Of a DNA stretch of 64,000 nucleotides, positions 47,861 through 56,958 are shown one piece after another; within the stretch, counting starts at the first letter, position 1, and every line of letters starts with the position of its first letter. Below the pieces are notes generated by a model that was given only the letters and a program-made list of their open reading frames with translations, ran no database searches and was not told the origin of the DNA. The DNA comes from Candidatus Poribacteria bacterium (GTDB taxonomy: Bacteria; Poribacteria; WGA-4E; WGA-3G): positions 4,608,001 through 4,672,000 of the forward strand of contig OZ243938.1 of assembly GCA_965214095.1 (NCBI GenBank), in the 5' to 3' direction. The position numbers and the translations under genes were made by a program.

Positions 47861-49678
47861 TTAGTCTTCATCAATAGACCAGGTGCAGTTAATATTATTG
47901 TCTTTGTAAAATTGCTTGAGAGCTGGCTTATCAAACCATAATTGCATTTCTTTGCTTACGATATGACCAACACTACTCACCTTTAGGTAAAGTCCACCGG
48001 CAGTCCATCCAGGTATTATGTTATATTTTCCTGTCTGTGCGGCGTAAATGCTGAGTAATGCCAATGGTTCCATTGCATCAAGATTTGCTGTTTTATGATT
48101 ATCCTGTAGGAGTTCATAAACAGTTTTTCCTTCATGTCCCTCCTGAAGTTCAGGTTTGTCCATTACACGGCTATGAAAAACAAAATCATCTTCAAGTGTA
48201 AAGAGTCCACTGTCTTTGTGTTGTCTTTGTTTAAGTAGATTGTCACCTATATGTTCAGCCATCTTTAGGAAATCTGATTTTGGTTCTACACGGTATAGAT
48301 CTACTAATGCAAAGATATACGCAGGTTCAAGGGCAGTTGTCTCAAAGTTCAAATTCGGTTCACTGCTTTTGTCATTACCAATGTCACCAATGCCAAAGTT
48401 CATGAACATAGTTCGTAGATAGTCTCTGAATTCAGTTCTTCCTTCAGAAATTCTATATCCGCGCGCACAAACTGAAGTAAATAGCGGTGTTATATTTTGT
48501 GGTAAAAATGATCCACCTTCTTTCGCGCCAAAGTATAACTTCGCATCTCTAAATGGTCCTATAATCCTATAATCTGTAAGGTCTGTTCCATCAATAATGA
48601 TGCTTTTTAGTTTGTTATTTTGTGCGTCGTAGGAGGCGTTTAAGAAACCGATGATATGTTGTTCAACAGCCTCTTTAATGTGCATTATTTCACCGACACG
48701 TCCATACTTATATGCATTTTCAACGATTGTCAGCATACCCATCATCTGTGTAATAGTATGGTTCAATTGGTTGCCGACATAGACTCTCGGTTCAGTTGCT
48801 TGTGGATATTTTCTGCCGAACACATTGAGACCGCGTTTTGAACTCTGTGGATGAACCAGATTTGGCCAGATGCCAGTTTCAGGATCACGTTGTTTGATTA
48901 TCAGATTCAATATACGTTCTGCCCAAATTCGTGGTGCTTCCTCCTGTTTTTGATATCCTAAACTGTATCCTGCATAAGCTAAGTCCAGAGCAACACTGAT
49001 AAAAGACAAATCTCCACTGATTTTAGGTTCTTTAAATCCATCCCATGTTCTCTTCCAAGTACTTTCATGGTCAACTTGCTTTCTGAAATCCCCGTGTCGG
49101 TTGTAGTGAAGTGCATCCCAGTCTTTCATATTAACTTCCCAGATGCCTTTCATTAACTTTTCGCACCGTTCTTCATTCACCGCTCTCAACAATTCCCAGT
49201 AAGGGTATACATCTTCAATTTCGTGTACTACACCCTTCATGCCGTAAGTATTGGCAGTAACTAAGTCCACATATCCGTGTCCACCCCAATGAAGAACACC
49301 ACTTTCAGGGTACCAGTAGTTGTTGAACAAAAATTCTGCAGCATTGCCTGCAGCATCAACATACTTACTATCTCCAGTGAATTGACTTAAAGAAGCCAAT
49401 AATCGCATCAGGTTCTGTTGATTTTGAAAGAAACACCATACTGTTGGTTTAGGTTCAGTACCTGATCGGTAAGAAGTCTTTGAACGTGGTGCACTTAAAT
49501 GGTCTATATCAAGGCAATCAGCGAAGAGTGGCATGTCGTTACCGCTGTATCTATCTCTCCCATGTTCTATTGCAGTGTCTGCAAAGAGAGTCGCAGCTTT
49601 TAAGAAGCGGTTACTATTGATTTCGTTGAGGTTCAATTGGTCTCTGCCAATCCATCGGTTCATTCTAATGTGATTCAT
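47861..49678 (-). CDS. Polysaccharide lyase family 2-like (pectate lyase PelW/PelY-like), no signal peptide
   Basis: PLFAD, QQNLMRLL..LS..TGD.KY, LHWGGH, VHEIE..YPYW, YNRHG, LSF; these match the PL2 motif order as I recall it. Confidence 0.65.
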   Translation of the reverse strand: MNHIRMNRWIGRDQLNLNEINSNRFLKAATLFADTAIEHGRDRYSGNDMPLFADCLDIDHLSAPRSKTSYRSGTEPKPTVWCFFQNQQNLMRLLASLSQFTGDSKYVDAAGNAAEFLFNNYWYPESGVLHWGGHGYVDLVTANTYGMKGVVHEIEDVYPYWELLRAVNEERCEKLMKGIWEVNMKDWDALHYNRHGDFRKQVDHESTWKRTWDGFKEPKISGDLSFISVALDLAYAGYSLGYQKQEEAPRIWAERILNLIIKQRDPETGIWPNLVHPQSSKRGLNVFGRKYPQATEPRVYVGNQLNHTITQMMGMLTIVENAYKYGRVGEIMHIKEAVEQHIIGFLNASYDAQNNKLKSIIIDGTDLTDYRIIGPFRDAKLYFGAKEGGSFLPQNITPLFTSVCARGYRISEGRTEFRDYLRTMFMNFGIGDIGNDKSSEPNLNFETTALEPAYIFALVDLYRVEPKSDFLKMAEHIGDNLLKQRQHKDSGLFTLEDDFVFHSRVMDKPELQEGHEGKTVYELLQDNHKTANLDAMEPLALLSIYAAQTGKYNIIPGWTAGGLYLKVSSVGHIVSKEMQLWFDKPALKQFYKDNNINCTWSIDED

Positions 49679-49788
49679 AATCTCTCCTAACTGTTCCTGA
49701 ACGAATTTCTATATCAAGAATATTGGATTATGTTACCACGATTTGTTTCAATTTACAATTCATTACACACTCCCAATTATTCAAAAAA

Positions 49789-49818
49789 TTGCAGATCAAT
49801 TACTTTGTATGCTATAAT
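49789..49818 (+). promoter_or_regulatory. Putative extended -10 promoter for the LamG gene
   Basis: TTGCAG, 18 bp, TGcTATAAT (TATAAT at 49813-49818). Confidence 0.45.
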
Positions 49819-49912
49819 TTAGAAAATTGTGTCATATATGAATACTCTATAAGACTATAAAACTCGCATTAGTGTCAACGATTATATAATAGATTTTGAT
49901 GAGGATAAAAAG

Positions 49913-50725
49913 ATGAAAGCAAAAAATGCTTTGGTATTAGTACTGGCTTTCTTGGTTTTACACACGAATCCACTTGAAAGTCAGGTTGTAGAAAAAGGTT
50001 TAGTTAGTTATTGGAGTTTTGATGATGCGGATGTTCAAGGAAAAACCGTTATAGATCTTGTAGGAGGAAATGACGGAACGATTGTAGGTACACCTAAGCA
50101 TGTCAAAGGCAAAATCGGTGAAGCGTTTGAATTCGGAGGAGAACCCGACGCTATTTCTGTTCCTTCTCCTGGGAATGGTAGTTTGGACTTTCATGCAGAC
50201 CAAGATTTCTCAATGATGGCTTGGATCAAGGTTGACAAACCACCAGAATTGGACGGAGGACAGTCCACAATCATTAGCAAGGGAGATGGAGGTGGCAACG
50301 CCAGAATCCTCTGGAAAATTTTAGCGACTAAACTACAGATGACAATAGCAAATGAAGCTGGTGGAGGTCCCAAAATCGACTTTAATTCTGTCAGTGATGT
50401 TGTAGATGGAGATTGGCATCATGTGGTCTTTGTCTCCGATAGATCGGATACGACTCGCATCTATATTGATAACAAGCTTGATGCCGAGGGTGGACCTTCT
50501 GAAGGAACAGATGTTACCACAGACTCTCACTTGTACATTGGTGCATCTGTCAGAAGCGGCGAAGTCACACGTAGATATTTTGAAGGGTTAATTGACGAGG
50601 TAGGGATATATAATCGAGCGTTGTCAGGTGATGAAATCAGACAGAATTTCAATGCAAACGGACTTGATGTTAGTCCTCAAGAGAAACTGGCTATTGTATG
50701 GGGAGCGATAAAGGTTTCAAGGTAA
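49913..50725 (+). CDS. Secreted LamG/ConA-like jelly-roll protein
   Basis: GLVSYWSFD, GKIGEAFEF, DGDWHHV, FEGLIDEVGIYNRALS; C-terminal VSPQEKLAIVWGAIK. Confidence 0.9.
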   Translation: MKAKNALVLVLAFLVLHTNPLESQVVEKGLVSYWSFDDADVQGKTVIDLVGGNDGTIVGTPKHVKGKIGEAFEFGGEPDAISVPSPGNGSLDFHADQDFSMMAWIKVDKPPELDGGQSTIISKGDGGGNARILWKILATKLQMTIANEAGGGPKIDFNSVSDVVDGDWHHVVFVSDRSDTTRIYIDNKLDAEGGPSEGTDVTTDSHLYIGASVRSGEVTRRYFEGLIDEVGIYNRALSGDEIRQNFNANGLDVSPQEKLAIVWGAIKVSR

Positions 50726-50750
50726 CTACAATTTGTGAACCTATAAGATA

Positions 50751-50817
50751 TGAAGTGAGTTTGATAATTCAATTCAGTAACCATAGGAGGTCGGGTTGAA
50801 TTATCCAACTCACATTA
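50751..50817. repeat. Short TIR element / long hairpin between convergent genes
   Basis: gtgagtttgataattcaa (50755-72) pairs with ttgaattatccaactcac (50796-813); its end aactcacatta is shared with 59822-59832. Confidence 0.6.
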
Positions 50818-50837
50818 GATACAAAATATGGCTGAAC

Positions 50838-50878
50838 GAAGTGTCACAGTTGCTTTGATAGTACAACTGTGACACTTC
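50838..50878 (-). terminator. Conserved 3' hairpin of paralog A
   Basis: gaagtgtcacagttg-loop-caactgtgacacttc about 21 bp after the stop; homologous hairpins follow paralogs B and C; no clear U-tract. Confidence 0.6.
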
Positions 50879-50899
50879 TAAATTCTTTGCGGGTTGCCC

Positions 50900-53548
50900 C
50901 TACTTTAAAATGACGAGTCGTCGTGTCTGTTGGAAGGATGGGGTTTCAAGTCTGTAAAAATAGACACCACTTGCAACCCGTTCTCCAAGTGTATTACGAC
51001 CATCCCAATATGCAGCACGTTCTCGACTGTTATAGAAACCAGTAGATTGAAAACCGAGCGGAAGGGTGCGAATCAACTGACCTGTAGAATCGAAAATGGT
51101 TAACGATACAGGACTATCTTGCGAGAGTTGATACGGAATCCACGTCTCAGGGTTAAACGGATTCGGGTAGTTCTGCAAAAGCTGATTCTGATTCGGTTTA
51201 CCAATACTATCAAGATTGACAGTCAAAACAGCGTTTGCCAAGTTCTCTGAAGTTACTTTAAACTGAATGTTTTGTGATTCAAAGTTTCCATCCGGACCGA
51301 TAACGCGTAATTCAAGCACGTCTCCAAGTTTAACAACGCTTTTTCGCGTTAAGTCTACCGTTGCCGCTGCAAAGTATTCACCTTGTATCGGTGTGGTAAT
51401 CACACCATTTGTTCTTAGGTTACGGACAATTACCTGATAGCCGTCAAAGATAGCTTTGTCTTCCAACTTTCCACTTACGACGAATGCCCACGTTTCCTTC
51501 AGTTTGACTATGTTAGGTGCTGCAGCCGCATCGTCGTTTTGGTTTGTCCACCGTGAACCGACGAAGGCAAAATTGCGAGTTTCTGGAACATTAACGATAT
51601 AGCCTTGACCACCTTCAATCGTGAATCCATCGTTAGGTGCGGCGGGTGTCCAACCAACGAAACGTTGATTTTCTGCATCAAGTGCAATTACAACTGTTGC
51701 ACCTGCTATCCCAGCGAGTGATTTTGCAGTCATAGGATTTGGTGATGCTAAAGGCAAAGAAAGCATGTTCAACCCTTTATTCAATGTGATGTTATAGATA
51801 TTACCAAATTGATCACTTTTTTCCTTTGTGTCAAGTCTGGCGATAAACCCGTGTCTACGTCCATCCACTGAGTCATAATGCCCAACGACAGAGCCGTCTT
51901 GATTTATATTCCAACCTTCGGTGCTCACAGCACCAGGAAACTGCAATTCTTTTAGGTTGAGGGGGCTGCCGACATAAGTGCGCGGGACATCACCCACTGC
52001 TTTTGCTCTGCCGACGACACTTCTTGACTCGTTGAGACCGTGGAGAAAAAAGTATTCCAGATTTAGTGCGTTTGGAAGGTCAATAGATAGAAATCTACCA
52101 ATTGAACTACGCATGTATGCATGATATATGCCTTCAGCATCTACATAGCTGCCTACGATATGACCTGTCCAACTTACAAAATCTGCGTAAGTTTCCGGTG
52201 CTCCGGGAAACTCGACTATCGTGTCCGCTGAGAATCCACGGCGAATACCAGAAGCATCTATAAAAGTACCTGTCAGTGCCCCTGTCGCATCACTATACCC
52301 GTATATCTCCGTTTCGACAGCACCTGGGAAATCGTATTGACGCATCTCACCATTTTCTAAGACGACACCGTGGAAAAGGCCATCGCTATCTTCGTAGTGA
52401 CCTGCAGCTTCTCCATTATTACCGAAGGCATAGAAATAAGTGTTCTTTGAACCTGGGAAATCGTAGGTCGTAAAAATACCATTGATGAGTGTAAAACCGA
52501 CATTTTTTTCCCCATCAGTACTTTTCGTGTTTCCTGCATAATCACCAAAATCGCTACTCGCTGTCACTCCGAGATGCTCTACACCTGGCACATCAATCGT
52601 CTCAAAAGTATAGTTTAGGTCAGGAGGACGTCGCACAGTAGTCGGCTTTAAAGGTCTAGCGATAAATCCGTGTGTACGTCCATCGCTTGAGGTATAGTGT
52701 CCGACGACAGAACTATCCTGATTGATGTTCCAACCTTCCGTGCTAACGCTATCGGGAACCTTAAATTCTTGTAGAGCGACGGGGTTGCCAACAAAGGTTA
52801 GTGGGACACCATCGACTGATTTCGCTCTGCCAACGGCAACCAGTGCATCATTGATCCCGTGTAGATAAAAGTATTCCATATTTGGTATTTCTGGAATACC
52901 TAGCGTAGCAAAACTACCATTAGGTCCACGCAGGTATGCATGATATGTGCCTTCAGCATCTATATAGCTACCCACGACATTGTCCAATCCACTAACAAAA
53001 TCGGCATAAGTCTCAGATGCTCCGGGGAACTCAACGATTGTATCTCCTGAGAATCCACGACGCACACCAGATACATCAGTAAAATTACCGGTCAGTGCCC
53101 CAGTTGAATCGCTATACCCGTAGATCTCCGTTTGAACAGAGTTCGGGAAATCATATTGACGTAGTTCTCCATCATCCAAAATGACACCGTGGAAGAGTCC
53201 GTCGGTATCCTCATAGTGCCCCGCTGTGAGCCCATTATTACCGAGTGCGTAGAAATACGTGTTTTTTGAATTGGGGAAATCGTGGGTCTCAAAAACACCA
53301 TCAATGAGTGTAAAGGCAACGAATTTCTCTCCATCAGTACTCAGCGTATAACCTGCGTAATCCTCAAAGTCGCTACTCGCAGTCAACGCTAGGAAATCTA
53401 TACCTGGAACATCAATCGTCTCAAATGTATAGTTGTCGTTAACAGATTGGTTAATTTGTGCTGTTGCGTTCATCAGGAAAATGGAATTGAGACAAAACAA
53501 CAACGTGAACATATATAACAAAAAACTGGATTTAATTTGACTGTGCAA
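50900..53548 (-). CDS. Secreted protein, paralog A: two ~280-aa beta-rich (HAF-like propeller) repeats, Ig-like region and FlgD-Ig domain
   Basis: TTG start with SD gaggt; signal peptide; YTFETIDVPG...ASSDF.DYAG...GWNINQD..VVGHY...HGFIA occurs twice; NYPNPFNPETW. Function unknown. Confidence 0.8.
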   Translation of the reverse strand: MHSQIKSSFLLYMFTLLFCLNSIFLMNATAQINQSVNDNYTFETIDVPGIDFLALTASSDFEDYAGYTLSTDGEKFVAFTLIDGVFETHDFPNSKNTYFYALGNNGLTAGHYEDTDGLFHGVILDDGELRQYDFPNSVQTEIYGYSDSTGALTGNFTDVSGVRRGFSGDTIVEFPGASETYADFVSGLDNVVGSYIDAEGTYHAYLRGPNGSFATLGIPEIPNMEYFYLHGINDALVAVGRAKSVDGVPLTFVGNPVALQEFKVPDSVSTEGWNINQDSSVVGHYTSSDGRTHGFIARPLKPTTVRRPPDLNYTFETIDVPGVEHLGVTASSDFGDYAGNTKSTDGEKNVGFTLINGIFTTYDFPGSKNTYFYAFGNNGEAAGHYEDSDGLFHGVVLENGEMRQYDFPGAVETEIYGYSDATGALTGTFIDASGIRRGFSADTIVEFPGAPETYADFVSWTGHIVGSYVDAEGIYHAYMRSSIGRFLSIDLPNALNLEYFFLHGLNESRSVVGRAKAVGDVPRTYVGSPLNLKELQFPGAVSTEGWNINQDGSVVGHYDSVDGRRHGFIARLDTKEKSDQFGNIYNITLNKGLNMLSLPLASPNPMTAKSLAGIAGATVVIALDAENQRFVGWTPAAPNDGFTIEGGQGYIVNVPETRNFAFVGSRWTNQNDDAAAAPNIVKLKETWAFVVSGKLEDKAIFDGYQVIVRNLRTNGVITTPIQGEYFAAATVDLTRKSVVKLGDVLELRVIGPDGNFESQNIQFKVTSENLANAVLTVNLDSIGKPNQNQLLQNYPNPFNPETWIPYQLSQDSPVSLTIFDSTGQLIRTLPLGFQSTGFYNSRERAAYWDGRNTLGERVASGVYFYRLETPSFQQTRRLVILK

Positions 53549-53861
53549 AATGGATACCTCACTTAAGATATTTTCTATATAGATGGAAAGTAATTTGTCA
53601 GATATCCCGTTCAGAGGGGTGTTGCTTATACTTTTAAGTTTCGCAATTTTGCATTTAGCAATAGACTAAAAGCGAGAACAAGGTGTCCTGACACAATTAG
53701 ATGTAACAAAAAGTATGCAACATTTCTCAAAAAAAGGCAAGGAGAATCTCATTTGTTTTCTTGATTTTCTTTATGGAATTTAAGGATAGACAGGTTGACG
53801 TTTACAGCAAGGGAGGGATATGGAAGATTACGATTTACAGGTCTTTCTTAGGCTTAAAGGA

Positions 53862-53896
53862 GTGTCACAGTTGCGTCAATAGTGCAACTGTGACAC
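53862..53896 (-). terminator. Conserved 3' hairpin of paralog B
   Basis: gtgtcacagttgc-gtcaatagt-gcaactgtgacac. Confidence 0.6.
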
Positions 53897-53920
53897 CTAT
53901 GTGTTCTATACTGATTGAAC

Positions 53921-56611
53921 TTACTTTAAGATTACAAGCTGCCGTGTTTGCTGGAAGGATGGCATTTCTAACTTGTAAAAGTAGATACCACTGGCAACTC
54001 TTTCACCTAAAGTGTTTTTGCCATCCCAATAAGCAGCACGTCCTCGGTTATAATAGAAACCTACTGACTGATATCCAAGAGTAAATTTTCGGACAAGCCC
54101 ACCCGTTGTATCAAAAATAGATATAGAGACAGGACCGGCATTTGACAGTTGATACGGGATCCAAGTTTCAGGGTTAAACGGGTTCGGATAATTCTGCAAT
54201 AAGAGGTTACCATTCGGTTTGCCAATACCATCAAGATTGACAGTTAGCAGTGCATTTTCCAAATTGTTAGGTGTTACCTCAAAACTGAATTTCTCTGAAG
54301 CGATATTACCGTTTTTATCGGATACCGTAACTTCCAGTGTATCCCCAACATGCACAACACTCTTCCGCGCTAAGTCGACAGTTGCAGTAGCGAAATATTG
54401 ATCTCTTACTTGTGCTGTCAGAACGGAGTTTGTTCGGAGGTTTCGGATTGTGATTAGATACCCGTCGTAATTCTGCGTTCCTTCTAATTGACCACTTACG
54501 ACGAATGCCCATACGTTTTGAGGTGTTAGAGTCGCAATTGGTGCTGCAGCTTCCTCGGTTTGGTTTGTCCACCGTGAACCGTTGAACGCAAAATTGCGAT
54601 CTTCTGGGACATTTACGATATAACCTTGTCCACCCTCAATAGGGAACCCATCGTTTGGCGCACTTGGTGTCCAACCTATGAATTGCTGATTTTCGGCATC
54701 AAGTGCTATTACAACTGTCGCGCCTGCTATTCCAGCGAGTGATTTTGCGTTCATCGGTTTTGGTGGTGCTAATGGCACAGACAGCATGTTTAAACCTTTG
54801 GTGAGTGTGACGGTGTACGTGTTACCAAAGTGATCACTCTCTTCCTTAGTACTGAGTCTTGCGACAAAGCCGTGTCTACGTCCATCTGCGGAGACATAGC
54901 TTCCGACGACAGAACCGTCCTGATTGATGTTCCAGCCTTCCGTTCTAACACTTCCCGGATATTGCAATTCATGTAGTCCGTGCTGGAATGAACCGACATA
55001 CGAGCGCGGAATGTCTCCTTTAGCTTTAGATCTGAGAATGACTGTGAAACCTTTTGATTTTACATCTGCGGCTCCGTGAAGGAATAAGTATTCCTGAATG
55101 GATGGATCCAGATGGTCCACAACTAAGTACCTGCCATCCGGTCTATACGCGAATGAATGATATAGACCTTCAACGTCTACGTAGCTGCCTACAACAAGAC
55201 CGTTTGCATACACAAAATCGGCATAAGTTGCTGATGCTTCAGGAGCCTCAACAACTGTATCACCTGAGAATCCGCGGCGAACGCCATCAGCACCTATAAA
55301 ATTACCTGTCAGTGCGCCGGTTGCATCACTGATACCGAATATTTGCGTTTCGACAGCATCCGGAAAATCGTATTGCCGTAGTTCACCATTTTCTAAGATG
55401 ACACCGTGATAGAGACCATCACTATCTTCGTAATGCCCAGCAGCTTGCCCGTTATTACCGAGTGCATAGAAGTACGTATTTTTGGAACCGGGAAAATCAT
55501 AGGTCGCAAAAACACCATCGATCAGTGTAAAACCGACTATTTTTTTTCCATCAGGCCTCCGAGTGTTACCAGCGTAGTCTTCAAAATCGCTACTCGCTGT
55601 CAATTCTAAAAAATCTACACCTGGAACATCAATGCTCTGAAATACATAGTTGAAATCGGTGTCTGGGGTAGCGGGTTGCGTAGCAGTATCCTGTGCGGGT
55701 TTTGCGATAAACCCGTGTCTACGTCCATCGGCTGTATCATAGTGTCCGACGATAGAACTGTCCTGATTAATATTCCAGCCCTCTGTGACAACACTACCTG
55801 GATACTGCACTTCATGTAGTTCATACCGAAGCGAACCGACATAGGTGCGTGGGACATCATCCACTGCTTTTGCTCTGCCAATGACAATCGTTACATCGTT
55901 GATTCCATGCAGAAAAAAATATTCCAAATTGGACGGGTCCAAAAGTTCTACAGTTACGAATTTACCTTCTGGATCAACTAGGTATGTATGATATAGACCT
56001 TCAGCGTCTATGTACGTGCCTACAATACGACCACTTGAATTCACAAAATCGGCATGAGTTGCTGATGCACCAGGGTACTCAACGATTGTCTCTCCTGAAA
56101 ATCCTCGGCGAATACCGGAAGTATCTATAAAATTGCCTGTAAGTGCACCGGTTGCATCACTAATACCGTATATCTCCGTTTGGACAGCACCCGGAAAATC
56201 GTATTGTCTCAACTCACCATTCTCCAAAATGACACCGTGGTACAAACCATTGCTATCTTGGTAATGCCCGGCCGCTTGTCCATTATTACCGAAGGCATAA
56301 AAATGAGTTTTCTGAGAGCCGGAGAAATCATAAGTTGTAAATACGTCATTAATGAGTGTAAAGGCGATTTCTTTTTCACCGTCAGCACTTTTCGTGTAGC
56401 CGGCGTAATCTTCAAAGTCGCTACTCGCTGTCACCGCTAAAAAATCTACACCTGGAACATCAATGCTCTCAAAGGTATAGCTGGAGCCGGTGGACGCAAC
56501 AGCGGATTCACTGTTATCTTGGGCAGCAGTGTCCCTTAGGAAAAAGGAATTGAGGCACATGAACAATATAAACGTGTAAAACAAGAAACTGGTCTTAATC
56601 TGAGTGTGCAT
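53921..56611 (-). CDS. Secreted protein, paralog B (same architecture as A)
   Basis: Two internal repeats, GLNMLSVPL, AAAP, NYPNPFNPETW; C-terminal region nearly identical to paralog C. Confidence 0.8.
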   Translation of the reverse strand: MHTQIKTSFLFYTFILFMCLNSFFLRDTAAQDNSESAVASTGSSYTFESIDVPGVDFLAVTASSDFEDYAGYTKSADGEKEIAFTLINDVFTTYDFSGSQKTHFYAFGNNGQAAGHYQDSNGLYHGVILENGELRQYDFPGAVQTEIYGISDATGALTGNFIDTSGIRRGFSGETIVEYPGASATHADFVNSSGRIVGTYIDAEGLYHTYLVDPEGKFVTVELLDPSNLEYFFLHGINDVTIVIGRAKAVDDVPRTYVGSLRYELHEVQYPGSVVTEGWNINQDSSIVGHYDTADGRRHGFIAKPAQDTATQPATPDTDFNYVFQSIDVPGVDFLELTASSDFEDYAGNTRRPDGKKIVGFTLIDGVFATYDFPGSKNTYFYALGNNGQAAGHYEDSDGLYHGVILENGELRQYDFPDAVETQIFGISDATGALTGNFIGADGVRRGFSGDTVVEAPEASATYADFVYANGLVVGSYVDVEGLYHSFAYRPDGRYLVVDHLDPSIQEYLFLHGAADVKSKGFTVILRSKAKGDIPRSYVGSFQHGLHELQYPGSVRTEGWNINQDGSVVGSYVSADGRRHGFVARLSTKEESDHFGNTYTVTLTKGLNMLSVPLAPPKPMNAKSLAGIAGATVVIALDAENQQFIGWTPSAPNDGFPIEGGQGYIVNVPEDRNFAFNGSRWTNQTEEAAAPIATLTPQNVWAFVVSGQLEGTQNYDGYLITIRNLRTNSVLTAQVRDQYFATATVDLARKSVVHVGDTLEVTVSDKNGNIASEKFSFEVTPNNLENALLTVNLDGIGKPNGNLLLQNYPNPFNPETWIPYQLSNAGPVSISIFDTTGGLVRKFTLGYQSVGFYYNRGRAAYWDGKNTLGERVASGIYFYKLEMPSFQQTRQLVILK

Positions 56612-56666
56612 AATGCAAACCTCACTTAAAGTATTTTCTCCAAAGATAAAAAATAATATAATATAT

Positions 56667-56800
56667 TACAGGACTTACCCACTTCCTCTTAAAGTCCCTC
56701 TGATAAGGGAATTTAGAGGTTAAAAACACCTGTATACTCTCACTACGAGGCATTTCCAGCAAAATCATACTTTGCCTGTTCAATTTACGTAAGTCCTATA
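56667..56800. mobile_element. MITE with (t)aggacttac / gtaagtccta TIRs, inserted in the leader of paralog B
   Basis: TIRs at both ends; internal hairpin cctcttaaagtccct..agggaatttagagg; the flanks align with the uninterrupted leader of paralog A (about 53550-53665). Confidence 0.7.
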
Positions 56801-56907
56801 TTAGATACCCTGTCCTGAGTTATGATGCTTGTATTTGAAGTTCGCAAGTTAACGTTTAACAATTCAGTAACTTAGGGTTTGGACATCTTTTGTTATGCTT
56901 ATACGGA

Positions 56908-56938
56908 GTATCACAGTTACACTGTGCAACTGTGATAC
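56908..56938 (-). terminator. Conserved 3' hairpin of paralog C
   Basis: gtatcacagtt-acactgtgc-aactgtgatac; compensatory G-C to A-T change relative to the A and B copies. Confidence 0.6.
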
Positions 56939-56958
56939 CAGTAGGTTACTGATTGACG

